From assembly GCF_011386835.1 (NCBI RefSeq), contig NC_088802.1, positions 372,001 through 436,000 of the forward strand: a stretch of 64,000 bases of DNA, written 5' to 3'. The translations under genes were made by a program, and so were the position numbers. Below, piece by piece: positions 35,390 to 47,300 of this stretch. Below the pieces are notes generated by a model, which searched no databases, was not told the origin of the DNA, and was given only the letters and a program-made list of their open reading frames with translations. Numbering within the stretch: the first letter of the stretch is position 1; each line of letters opens with the position of its first letter. Origin of the DNA: Chrysemys picta bellii (Eukaryota).

Positions 35390-36070
35390 GGCCTAAGCCT
35401 CTGTGGGTTTGCAGGACCTTCTACCAGTGAAAGAGCCTTCCACTGTAATATCCTTGTCCTCTCTTTATTGACAATTACCAAGCAGAATACACATGCTAAA
35501 CAAACAGGGCTCTGCTCACCAACCCTGATCAAGCAGGCGGACTTTCCCTGTTGGCCAGGCCAGGTCAGTCTCGTCTGGGTCCTGGTTGTGGCACATCACG
35601 GTCCTGCAGAGGATTCTTAGCAGCTTTGATCTTAGGCTGAGTCTTAGAGGTGAGTTTTTCTTCTTCTGTCCTTTCTTCCTGCTTGTCTCCTTCTTGGACC
35701 CCAGTTTATAGAGTGAAACTTGAATCCTGCTTAGCTAGACCTTAACCAATCATTTTACTAAAATTTTACTAACCAATCCAAACATATTGTAACAACATTT
35801 TCTAACCAATCTAGCAAAATTAATTATGTCACAGACAGAAACAATCAAAGAACCAAGCAGAGACCGGACAAACAATAGAGAAGTGGGGACCGTAAAGACA
35901 AAACAATAAAGAAATGAGGATTTCACAACCACAACTATTGATAGGAGATTTCTTGCCCAACAGGATGCTATCAAACTAAGTTTTCTTTAACCATCTTAAG
36001 ATCTGTTTCTGTATCTGGTGATAGTGGGTGCTATTAGGACAGGATCTCTTTCTTACCAGCCCAATATTAC
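35390..36070 (-). mobile_element. Probable ERV/LTR-element fragment
   Basis: Hydrophobic TM-like ORF 35750-35974 and repeated aaccaatc motifs. The identity is inferred, not matched. Confidence 0.35.
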
Positions 36071-36079
36071 ATTGTTTTG

Positions 36080-36430
36080 CCCATAGGCAAAGATGCAAAC
36101 ATGGTACCCATCCAGAGCAGACTGCAGAGAGGGAGGAGGAGGAGGCAGCGGAGGAAGGCGTGTGCCAACGTGCTCCACATCGGACTATCTGCACCATAAA
36201 GGAGTCTCTGCAGGGCCTGGAGGCGGAAGACATGGACCTGGCTGCGGAGGCAGACCAGGCCCTGTCCTCCCTTCTCTAGGGAAGCCTCAGAACCCCTGCA
36301 GAGACCCAGTGCAGCCCCGGCCAGAAAAACTCCAGAGCTACCCTCTGGAGCCAGGCCAGGATCCCCGGGGCCGGACACAGGGTGTGGAGCAGGTGCCAGA
36401 GCATGGACAGAACTAGTAGGTTAAGCACCA
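36080..36430 (-). mobile_element. Tx1-like (L1 clade) ORF2 fragment
   Basis: RALVLNLLVLSMLWH...LEFFWPGLHWVSAGVL; similar to 38285-38475. Confidence 0.8.
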
Positions 36431-36448
36431 GTGCCCTCCCCCGCAGGG

Positions 36449-36810
36449 TCTCATAGACCTTAAGGTCAGAAGGGACCATTATGATCGTCTAGTCTGACCT
36501 CCTGCACAACGCAGGCCACAGAATCTCACCCACTCACTCCTGTAACAAATCCCTAACCTATGTCTGAGTTATTGAAGTCCTCAAATCGTGGTTTAAAGAC
36601 CTCAAGGTGCAGAGAATCCTCCAGCAAGTGACCCGTGCCCCATGCTGCAGAGAAAGGCGAAAAACCTCCAGGGCCTCTGCCAATCTGTCCTGGAGGAAAA
36701 TTCCTTCCCGACCCCAAATATGGTGATCAGCTAAACCCTGAGCATGTGGGCAAGACTCGCCAGCCAGCACCCAGGAAAGAATTCTCTGTTGTAACTCAGA
36801 TCCCACCCCA
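36449..36810 (-). mobile_element. CR1 3' end fragment
   Basis: Begins tctcatagaccttaaggtcagaagggaccattatgatc, the reverse complement of a CR1 3' UTR. Confidence 0.75.
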
Positions 36811-37049
36811 TCTAACATCTGCAGCCCCTCACCCACCCTGGTCTCCAAACCCTGCCAGTTCTCTGGCAGAAAAGGATGCGTGGCGGAAAGGTAAACACCA
36901 AGATAGAGCAGTGGACTCGCGCTCCTCCGAATGTCTTGAAGCGTGGGTGGGGTGCATATAGTGAGGCCTTATTGGAAATCCTGGGAGGTGGACTGGCGCA
37001 AGGCCGCCCACTTCTAAAGGCCCCTCCCCCAGCCTAGCGGGTGGGACCA

Positions 37050-38475
37050 CTGGAACCAGGGACCAAATAAATACGGGGGACAACTAATGAAAAACAGGGT
37101 CGGGAGTGAAGGTCACAGGTTCAAAACAAGGGTACCGGATGGGGACACCGAGCAGAGGACCCTGGACAGCGCCCACTGCTCCTCAGACCTGTCAAGGGAG
37201 CCAGCGGACGCTGCCCAGTGGAACACTGCCCAGAGGCGTGAGACCAGGGAAGAATGGAAATAGGCCCCACAGTTGCAGAACACCCCCTCGTCCAGCATCC
37301 TCCTCCTGGTAGTGTAGATGGAGACTTTGGCCAGAGCCAGGAGGAGGTTGACGAGGAGGTCTCGCGACTTCGTGGAGCCACGGATAGGGTGTGCAAAAAG
37401 GAACAGGTGTGGGGAAAAGTGCAGCTGGAATAGGGGCTGCAACCTGGCACGTTCCAGATAGGTGTGCGCCTGGTTCTCCCTCACGCCGCAGAAGGGACAG
37501 GCCTCGGGAATGGGGATGAACCAGGCCAGATACACGCCCGTGCTCACGGCCCCGTGAAGGAACCACCAACCAATGTTCCTGGCAGGCCGTGGGACCAGGG
37601 TGGACTAGAGGTTGGCCCACTGGCTCCTCACCCTCCGCAGGTGGTAAATAGTCCCGCTACTTGGTGTCGGGGCGGGACAAGAGGGTGAGGAGATGGAACG
37701 TGTGGAGCACGAACGTGTACAGTTGGTCCCTGGGCACGGTTTGAAAATGAACCGGCTGGAGGGTGGTTGCCGGCTCGGAGTATGGGAGTGGGGAAGCCGG
37801 GGGGCCTCGCGGAACAGGGACTCGATAAAAAGGTCCAGAGGGCCTGGGATAAGGGGGGCGGAGAGCGCCCTCTCGCAGGGCCCGCCGCAGGAAGACAAGA
37901 GAAGTGGGTGACAAGGCAGCACCCACCTCCTGGAGTACACATAGGGGGGTCGGAAGGGTGGAGAACCCCATGCGCCGGCCGAGCGCATGGGGATCCACCC
38001 AGTCCCCCAGTTGTAGTCCAGGAGGTCTCCGACCCTGGTGGTTTCTGCCAGGACCAACCTCCGGCGCACCGAGGGAGACTCTGCCACCTGCACACGTAGA
38101 TCGGGGCTGTGTAGCAGGGGATCTGTGAGGAGGTCCGCCCCCTCGGTGACCACAACGGACCTGGTCGCTGAAAAGAGCTTCCAGGTCTGGAGGAGGTCCT
38201 GGTAGAAGACCAGCAGCTCTGAGAGGTCTTGCAGAAGACCCCTCGGGTGGAGATAAAGGAGCTGCCAGTCCTATCGGAGCCCTCAGAGGCGGCGGAGGAA
38301 GGCGTGAGCCAATGTGCTCCACGCTAGATTACCTGCACCGTAAAGGAGGCTCTGCAGGGCCTGGAGGCGGAAGACATGGACCTGGCTGCAGAGGCAGACC
38401 AGGCCCTGCCCTCCCTCCTCCAGGGGAAGACTCAGAACCCCTGCAGAGACCCAGTGCAGCCCCGGCCAGAAGAAC
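37050..38475 (-). mobile_element. Tx1-like ORF2 3' region (post-RT, zf-RVT), decayed
   Basis: Peptides SPSVRRRLVLAETTRVGDLLDY, ACPFCGVRENQAH and LLVNLLLALAKVSIY, broken by frameshifts. Confidence 0.85.
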
Positions 38476-38712
38476 GCCAGGCCCCAGGAGTTGAAGGATG
38501 CCTGCTGGAGGTGGCTGCAGCCCGAGCAATGGACCGCAAATGACGTTGCCAAACAGATTGTCCTGGAGCACTTTGTGCACATCCTCCCAACCCGAGGGAG
38601 GGCCTGCGTGCTCCAGCACTGGCCGACGACGCTGAGCGCGGCCGTCTCTCTAATGGAGGACTTCTTAGTCGCGGAGGTTCTGATCAGGCCAGCGATGCAG
38701 GTCCCAGCACTT
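38474..38712 (+). mobile_element. SCAN-domain fragment of a Gmr1-like Gypsy gag (copy A)
   Basis: [34 protein letters not shown]...AVSLMEDFL; near-identical to 49487-49720. Confidence 0.8.
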
Positions 38713-40232
38713 GTCCCTGCGTGTCTTGAAAAACGACAGCTTCTCAAAAAATGTCCTGTTTTAACTCCGGGTATCCCCTAGCTGGATCTATGGGTCCTAA
38801 AATTACCTTCATTCTTGAATTCAAACCGTCTAACAATGCCGTCTGAAAAGCTAAAGTATTGAAATCCAGTGGGGTTCCAGTTCCTACTGGCACAACCCCG
38901 GCAGCCATGGCCAGTATCTCCTTTTTAATAACATCCAATTCCGGGGAGTCACAGGGGCCGTGTTCTGTGACATGGAACAATTTCCCCAGTTGTCGGGCAG
39001 ACCTCACAACCTTCGTTACTTTATTCACCCAGTCCCATCTGGTAGCAAGAACACTGCTTACACCTAACGGCTCAACTGCCATCTCAACAGGTAACTGTGT
39101 AGGAGATACTGTAGTCATATCTTCAACTTGTATTAATGAACGCCCTGAAGGACTCTTCTCCCAAAACTACCTTGACAGGAAGAAGAGAATCATGCAGAGG
39201 CAAGAGCACGCACAGCTCCCACTGATTTGAACAGCTGTGCATACCCAGTCCTGCTGAGGATAGACTCTACCGCATGGATACTCAGGGGTAGCTAAATAAG
39301 CAGACTCCAGTTTGGAAATCGAATCCTTGGTTTGTTTACTAGGATGAGGACTTGTAATAGCCTTGCTGATAAGGAATCACCTGTAAGGGAAGAATACTTA
39401 GTTCCTCCCTCGGAGATCTGAAGAGTAGGTGTATAAGGAAAGGCATACTACTCTATTTTCAGAGCCTCATGGGAACTCAACCTGTTGGAGTAGTAGCTGG
39501 GATTCCAGATTCCACCTCCACCACTTGTGAGCTGACTGGACATACGACAAGCTTGGGATGGGCCAGATTGGAAACACTGCAGAGGTGCTGACAGCCAGCA
39601 CTGTGTTGCTCGGTAAGACCACGGCACCTCTGCTAGTCTGTCACATCCCACATCCTCTTACACTCACACCCAGTGAATTACCACCAGCAAATCCCACGTT
39701 AGCAAACAGTGGAACAGGAAGAGCCACCAATAGATTTGGAACAATCAGGTAGCCCCCTTGCTTCCTTATCCTCTCACCAGCGTTGCAGGGTACTTTCTCG
39801 GGACTGCTACGAAATCCAGCTTCTTGTATTCATTCCCAGGTGGGCGTTCTGTGTGCTGTTTAATCCTCTCATCTGTGCAGAAATGGAACTCAACTGGCTT
39901 TGTTACCTGGCCAGCAGTTCTCTTCACAGGTTGTCCTAAAAAGGAGAAAACCCCATGAGACTGATACTGAGGAGGAGCAGTTTATGCTCATCCAAACCCT
40001 GTGTTCTCTACGGAGTCATGTGCATTCTATCAGGCCTGCAAAGCCCTCCTCAGCCCTTTATATTTCACAAGATAGTTAAGCTGTGTTTCCAGGTGGAGTT
40101 GTGGCCCAATACCCTTTAGACATGCCATTTGACGTGGTTCCAGAAACATGCTGTTAAGAATGTGGAAAAATCTGTTTTGGTGGATACATCTACCTCTGTC
40201 TATTTGATGATAGTCATGCTGTCTGCTACATG

Positions 40233-40357
40233 TAGGGTGACCAGATAGAAAGTGTGAAAAATCGGGACAGGAGCTGGGGGTGGTAATAGGCACCTACATA
40301 AGAAAAAGCCCCAAATATCGGGACCGTCCTATAAAATCGGGACATCTGGTCACCCTA
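40233..40357. mobile_element. hAT (Blackjack-like) MITE
   Basis: TAGGGTGACCAGA TIRs; 8-bp TSD GCTACATG / GGTACATG. Confidence 0.9.
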
Positions 40358-40769
40358 GGTACATGGTGCAACGCTCTGACTCAGTCCCGGGTCGAGTTAC
40401 ATCTGCAAGAAGGCAGATGATGGTTGTAGACCAGCACTTGCATACTAAAGAACTTAAAATGGTGAAAAGCCTCAGTCCTGAAGCTGTGGGGAAGGGGAGG
40501 GGCTGGAGACTGAGGCCTTGTCTACAGTGAAATGAATGCAGATTAAGGTAGGGTATGAATTTAAACCAGAGTAGCTATTCCTCACTAACTCCCTGTGTGC
40601 GTGCTTTTATCCTGGGTTAACCCAATCCACTTGGATTACAGTACTATGGAATAAAGCCCTTATTCTAGAAACAAGAGCATCCACACAGAGCGTCAAAGTG
40701 ACCCAGTGCAGACAACCCCTGAGAAGCAACTGGAACTCAGGGCTACTTCTGCACTGCTCCACAGGTTTT

Positions 40770-42630
40770 GCGTCCCTGTCCATCAATGGCTATTAGCCAG
40801 GATGGACCTATCCTCCATGAAGTTCTCCAGTTCTTTTTTTTAAACCTCCTTATAGTCTCGGCCTTCACAACATCCTGTGGCAAGGAGTTCCACAGGTTGA
40901 CACTGCGTTGTGCGAAGAAATACTTCCTTTTGTTTGTTTTTAAACCTGCTGCTGTGGCAAGGCACCTCTTTTCTCGCGCCAGCCTTAGCATTTCTCCCCT
41001 CTGGCTAATCCGTGCCACTCAGGCAGGGTTTGCCTTCCCCCTTCGGTGCTCCTTGGCTGTGTCTTCAGGGTAGGCCGGAGGGTAAGCCTAAGGGGTGCTC
41101 CTTCCCCACTCAAAGAAGGGAAATAGTCCCATAGACCCAAACAAAGGGTGATATCTTTCCCCGCCTCCTCGCTGGGACGGGGTGTCAGTCCTTCCCCTAG
41201 CCGGCACTCGGGCTTGTCTGCTTCCCCCATGGGAAGGGGCACAGCCTCTCCTCTTGGAGAAGCTACTTCCCTGCTGCTCCTAGCCTGGTAACAGCTGGTG
41301 TCTCTCTCCTCCCTTTCTCTCACTGGAGAAGGGGGTTTTAAAGGGTCTCAGGCAGCCCTTACTTGGATTCAGGTGTCTCTAATTAACCTGAGGTAACCCC
41401 TTCTCAGTTTGTAGGAAAAAGGGCCTTGAACATTCTAGGGCTAACATATCTGCCTTCCACTACCCTCTTGCAGCCGTCCGGCCTGACTGTCTCACACTGC
41501 CTATTCATTTCATTGGGTGATCCCTAGTTCTTGTGTTATGAGGAGTAAACAACACTTCCTTATTTACTTTCTCCACACCAGTCATGATTTTATAGACCTC
41601 TATCATATTCCCCCCACCACCCCCGGTCATCTCTTTTCCAAGCTGAAAAGTCCCAGTCTTTCTAATCTCTCCTCATATGGAAGCTGTTCCATACCCCTCA
41701 TCATTTTTGTTGCCCTTTTCCAATGCCAATATTTCTTTTTTGAGATGGGACGACCACATCTGCATGCAGTATTCAAGATGTGGATATTCCATGGATTTAT
41801 ATAGAGGACATATGACCTTTTCTGCCTGATTATCTATCCCTTTCCTAATGATTCCCAATATTCTGTTCTCTTTTTTGACTGCCGCTGCACATTGAGTGGA
41901 TGTTTCCAAAGAACTATCCACAATGATTCCAAGAGCTTTTCTGAGGGGTAACAGCTAATTTAAACCCCATCATTTTATATGTATAGTTGGGATTATATTT
42001 CCCAATGTGCATTTATCAACATTGAATTTCATCGGCCATTTTGCCCAGTCACCCAGGTTTGTGAGCTCCCTTTGTAACTATTCACAGTCTGCCTGGGACT
42101 TAACCAGCTTGAGTCATTTTCTATCATCTACACATTTTATCACCTCACTATTTACCCCTTTTCCCAGATCATTTATGAGTATTTTGAACAGTACTGGTCC
42201 CAGAACAGACCCCTGAGGGACATCGCTGTTTACCTCTCGTAATTTTAAAAACTGACCTTTTTGTTTCCTATCTTTTAACCAGTTAATGATCCATGAGAGG
42301 ACCTTCCCCTCTTATCCCATGACAGCTTACTTTGCTTAAGAGCCTTTGATGAGGGACCTTGTCAAAGGCTTTCTGGAAATCTAAGTACAGTACACTATAT
42401 CCCTGGATCACCCTGGCCCATGTTTGTTGTGTTTGTTGACCCCGCTCATAGAATTCTAGTAGATTGGTGAGGCATGGGTTCACTTTACAAAAACCATGTT
42501 GACTCTTCCCCAATAAATCATGTTCATCTCTGTGTCTGATAAGTCTGTTCTTTACTATAGTTTTAACCAGTTTGCTCGATACTGAAGTTAGGCTTACAGG
42601 CCTGTAATTTCTGGGATCACCTCTGGAGCT
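40770..42630 (-). mobile_element. CR1 LINE fragment interrupted by a solo LTR
   Basis: RGDPRNYRPVSLTSV, YLDFQKAFDKVPH and LYKSMEYPHLEYC peptides; continues on both sides of 40953-41496. Confidence 0.88.
40953..41496. mobile_element. Solo LTR inserted in CR1
   Basis: TGTGG...TCACA termini with a 4-bp TSD CTGC. Confidence 0.75.
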
Positions 42631-43064
42631 GGTTGCATATTTTCTGGTTGTTTTTTTTTTTGGTGGGTGGATCATCTTCCTTTCCAGTAGGTGACTGTGC
42701 ATCTCACTGCTTCAGCTCTGGCCCAACATTTGCATTGCTGGGCAATCTTGTGTTGGGCTGCCCGTCTTCTGGATCCCCTACTGCAGGGAAGAACAGTGTC
42801 AAGTCTCCCATGTGGTCTTTGGGAAGGGCAGTCAGTCCCACATAATGTATTTCAATATCTACTGGGAAGAGTCACTGAAATCCAGACAGCACTACGTACA
42901 GATATGCTTCAGAGGAGACTAACAGCAGCTAATTGTTACACTGCTAATTGGAAACCTAAAATCACTCCTGTTATTTGCACTATGATACAAAGGCCCCTTG
43001 CACATCTAGGCTGCAAGTCAGAACTCAGCCTCTCTCAGTAGCAACTTCTAAGTGCTACCATCAG

Positions 43065-43897
43065 TAGGGTTACCATATTTTGTGCCTCCGAAAGGAGGAC
43101 ACTCCACGGGGCCCCGGCCCCACCCCCAGCCCCGCCCACGCCCCCGTGCCATCTCCGCCCCCTCCCCAAAGTCTCCGCCCCTCCCCTGCTTCCCGCGAAC
43201 ATTTAATTCGCGGGAATCCTGAAGCAGGTAAGGGGGGGTGTGGGGGGAGGAGGCGCGGCCCAGGCTGGCCCCCCCGGCAGCTCCAGCCTGGGTCGGCTCG
43301 GGCCCTGGGGTGCCAGCCCCGGCCCCCGGCCGACCACCCCCGGCCCGCCCAGCACTGCCGCCCCCCCCCCCCCTTCGGCGGCCCGGCACCCCCCCCGGCG
43401 GCCCAGCCCCGCGGGCCCGGACCAGCTCCCGGCCCCGCGGGCCCGGACCGGCTCCCGGCCCCCCGGCCCCGGACCGGCTCCGCGGCCCAGCGCACCCCCC
43501 GGCGGCCCGGCCCCGCGGCCCAGCGCACCCCCCGGCAGCCCGACCCCGGCCCGGCTCCCGGCCCCGCGACCCCGGCCCGGCTCCCGGCCCGGCTCCCCGG
43601 CCCGGCGGCCCAGCCCAGCGCGCCCCCGGCCCGGCGGCCCGGCCCCCGGCTCCCCGCCTGGCTCCGCACCCAGCCCGGCCCGGCACCACGCGCCCGGCCC
43701 GGCTCCCGGCCTGGCACCATGCCCCCGGCCCCGCGACCCCGGCCCGGCCCTGGCCAAAGAGGCCCCGGCCGAGCCCGCCCTCCCTCCCTCCCGATTTTCC
43801 CGGACATGCCCGGCTTTTGGGGATTTCCCCCCGGACGGGGATTTGAGCCCCCAAAAGCCGGACATGTCCGGGAAAATCCGGACGTATGGTAACCCTA
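43065..43897. mobile_element. 833-bp non-autonomous hAT element with a CpG-rich interior
   Basis: TIRs TAGGGTTACCATA...TATGGTAACCCTA with a perfect 8-bp TSD ACCATCAG. Confidence 0.93.
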
Positions 43898-44349
43898 ACC
43901 ATCAGCAAAGGGTCTCTTCCCACTTCAGTCCAATTCCAGATATCCATACATCCTGGAAGTCACCAGCGCACAACTGGTTATCTCAGCCACCAGGTATGAA
44001 ACTGAACTGCCTTCTGACCCCCACAGATGGGGCCTCCGGGTTAGGAAATAGGCACAGTGACAGGATCTCACGCACAAGCTCACACAGCTGCTGCATGTGG
44101 TGGATTAAGCAGATGTCAGTCTCCAGTCATATCAATACCGGACCATTCATGAAGAGTTGAGACTGCTATGTCATCATTGCTCACCTAATCCAGGACACTA
44201 AGGGTCCCTCCTCAGCCATGTGGGAAGAACCCCTGGACCCAGGACTCAACTAAATACGTGGGACAACTGAGAAATACCAGGGCAGGAAGTGGAGATCACA
44301 GGTTCAAAACTAGAGATCCAGAGGGGGATACTGATCAGAGAACCCCAGT

Positions 44350-47300
44350 CAGCGCCTGGTGCACCTCAAAGCCGTCTCCTCCAAGACCTCCCGCTCCATC
44401 TGCTCTATCATCACATCCCTCTGCCGGCTGGCGCCCCGGGTGTAGTCATGGCAGAAGAGCCAGGCACGCACCTGTCACGGAGTCCCCGGGCCATGCTCTG
44501 GAACTGCTCCCCACAAAACCAGTCAGGACTTTGGGGAGCCTCCTCTCCTTCGGAGCAGACTGTCTTCAGGGCAAGAAGCTCACACGGCTTCACCTCCTGG
44601 GAGCATTCAGCATATGCCCCTCCGTGCGCTTCCCACAGCGAGTCCGCCCAGGCGGGGTCCTGGGGCAGCCAGAGGGTCCTGCACCCCCACTTCGCAGTCA
44701 GACGTGACTCTCAGCCAGCCAGTAACACAGAGGTTTATTAGATGACAGGAACACAGTCTAAAACAGAGCTTGTAGGTCCAGCAAACGGGACCCCCTCCGC
44801 CGGGTCCGTTCTGGGGCCCAGCGAGGCAGACCCCCGTCTGCCCTCCCTTCCCGTCCCCAGCTAGCTCCAAACTCCCATCCCCATCCGGCCCCTCCTTCTC
44901 TGGGCTTTGTCTCTTTCCCGGGCCAGGAGGTCACCTGATCCCTTTGTCTCCAACACCTTCAGTTGGCACCTTTGCAGAGGAGGGGCCCAGGCCATCAGTT
45001 GCCAGGAGACAGAGTGTCGGGCATTTATGTACACTGGCCCTTTGCTCTGCAGCAACCATACACCCTTATCCCACCACCTAGACACTTAAGAACTGCATAG
45101 GGGAAACTGAGGAAAACATTAAGAACAGTCCCACTTCGTCACAGCACCTTCCCCACATCTCACCACCACCGTGCAGAGGGAAAGGTGCGCCGCTGCCCCC
45201 CGCCAGGCTAGCCAGAACTCCTGGAAGGATGCCATGAAGCCCACGTCCTCCAGCAGGCTGTTAGTGAAATGCCAAGAGGCCGGCCCTGGGCTCTCTGAGG
45301 TGAGAGAGGCCGTCATGGCCACCAGATGGCGGTCCAAGAACGGGGCTGGTCGCATGCTGGAGGAGTGGACCCATGCAAGATGGGAGCGTGATAGATAAAT
45401 GCAGTCTAACTGGGAGTGACTTCCACCCGGACATAGGTAAAGGTGGACTTGTGTCCTGGTGGTGGCCGAGCCAGACGTCCACCAGGGAGTGATGACGGGC
45501 GATTTCCCTGAGGACGCCCGCAGCGGCCTGGCTGCTTTCAGTTCCAGAGCAGTCCCACTCCTCGAGGGTGGTATTAAAATCCCCGCCCAAGACCAGGCAC
45601 TCACAAGGATGGCGGACGCCTGCTGATAGAAACACACCTGCTCCGCGCCTGATGTCAGGGCGTAGACATTGACCAGATTCAACGTTAACCCCTCACGCAA
45701 GCGTCGAGGTGCAGCAGGTGACCCAGCATGACCTTAGTGACCCCTAGCACCTCAGGCTATAGGGTGGGGGAGAACAGGGGGGCCACCCCAACCGAATGAG
45801 TGCTGAGATGGATGAAGTACATCCTGTCCCCCCATTCTAACTGGCTGCGGCAGTTGGATCTATGTGGGTTTCCTGCAGGAAAATCACAGAGTAGCTCCCT
45901 CCCCCAAAGGCAGGAGAGCACCTGGCACCTGCGGAGGCCCACCCTATAGCCTGGGTGTTCAACGTTGCAAAGATGGTGGATTTTATTGTGACGGCTGGGG
46001 AGGATCCTTGTGGGCAGGAGTGCCGGCGGCCCCCATTGGGCCCTGCAACAATCCGTGACTGACCCCAAAAGCCAGCAGGGAGTCATGGAAGTTGCGGGCC
46101 CGCTGGTAGGCCACAGTTTCCTGCCTCCTGGTCCCCTTCCCCTCCTCCAAAACGGCCCTCACGGCCCAAAGGACGAGATGGAAGTCCCCCCAGGGCAGGG
46201 GATCAAGCTTCACCGTGCCCTGGGAACCACGGGTGTCCACCAGGAAGCAGCGCAGCTCGTCCCGCAGCACAGTGGGGGACGCGGTCACGGACCCATTATC
46301 GTCCTCTGTCTGGTCCCCTGTAACGGGCCCACGGCGAGGGACAAACGGGGCAGATGCACTGTGCTAATACCGTTGGTGCCGCACAACCCGTCCCTATCTC
46401 TGGCAAGGGAGGGGGCGGCGGAGGAAAGAGAGCGCCCCATAGCAGGTCACTGAGGGGAGACGTGAAAACCGCCCCCTGAGGCTCATCCGATGAGAGGGGA
46501 AATGAGACAACCCCTGGGCTGGCAGCAGTATGAGAGGTGGAGGGGAAATAATCAGACACTGTGACAGGGCAGGAGTGGGGCTGGGGCCAGCAGCGGGGTC
46601 AGGAGCAGAGGCGGATGTGGGAGTGGGATCTCCGACGCCTCTCGACCAGAGTCAGGGGCCGAGGGGATGGGGACGGGAGGGGGCCCTCAGCACTGCCAGG
46701 CCTGGGCGCTTCGATGATCTCGGCACCCGCAGCCACGGCATTGGGCCCGATGGCATCTGCAATAGGACCCCCAACTGGGAGGGAGGGAGGGCCGCTGCCC
46801 TGCACTCAAGGGCCCGTCTGCTCGGCACCCGCCATCACCACTGGGGGCTCGGCAGCCATGAGCAAAGTACCATCTGGGGCTGGGCAGATGGACGAGCCCA
46901 GGGGTCCCCCCAGGGTGGAGGGCAGAGGCAGCAGCCTGGGGTAGGAGGCAGAGAGGAGGAGGGGGTGGCGTGATCAAGCTGCCATCCAGAGCGAAGCCCT
47001 CGGCAAGGGGTCGTCCTCCCCCGGGGTGACCGGGGTCAGACCTAGGGCCCCGATTGCCTGGAAGATGGAGCTAAAATGTCCCCCCGCTGCCCCAGGGTCC
47101 TTCCTGCCAGTAACCTAGGCAGCAACCGCCTCAGCGTCAATGGGGGGCACAGATGACATGGGGATTGGGGGGGCTCCATCCGAGGCCTCCTCAAGGAGGG
47201 ACTCCGAGGGGGGGCAGTACCGCCCCCTCCACTGCCATGTCCTCCTTGGCCGGCTCCACCTGCAGGGCTCAGTTGGGCTGCGGCGTAAGGCTTGGTAGCG

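Noticed and set aside
42630-42780. Firm call of an additional TPX2 exon (..GDPEDGQPNTRLPSNA..)
   Set aside because: The acceptor and phase fit, but similarity is limited to LPSNA, there is an in-frame stop, and the 3' end merges with CR1. It is kept only as tentative.
43048-44160. Several 200-300-aa ORFs
   Set aside because: They come from the near-pure G/C interior of a TSD-bounded hAT element; there are no transposase motifs.
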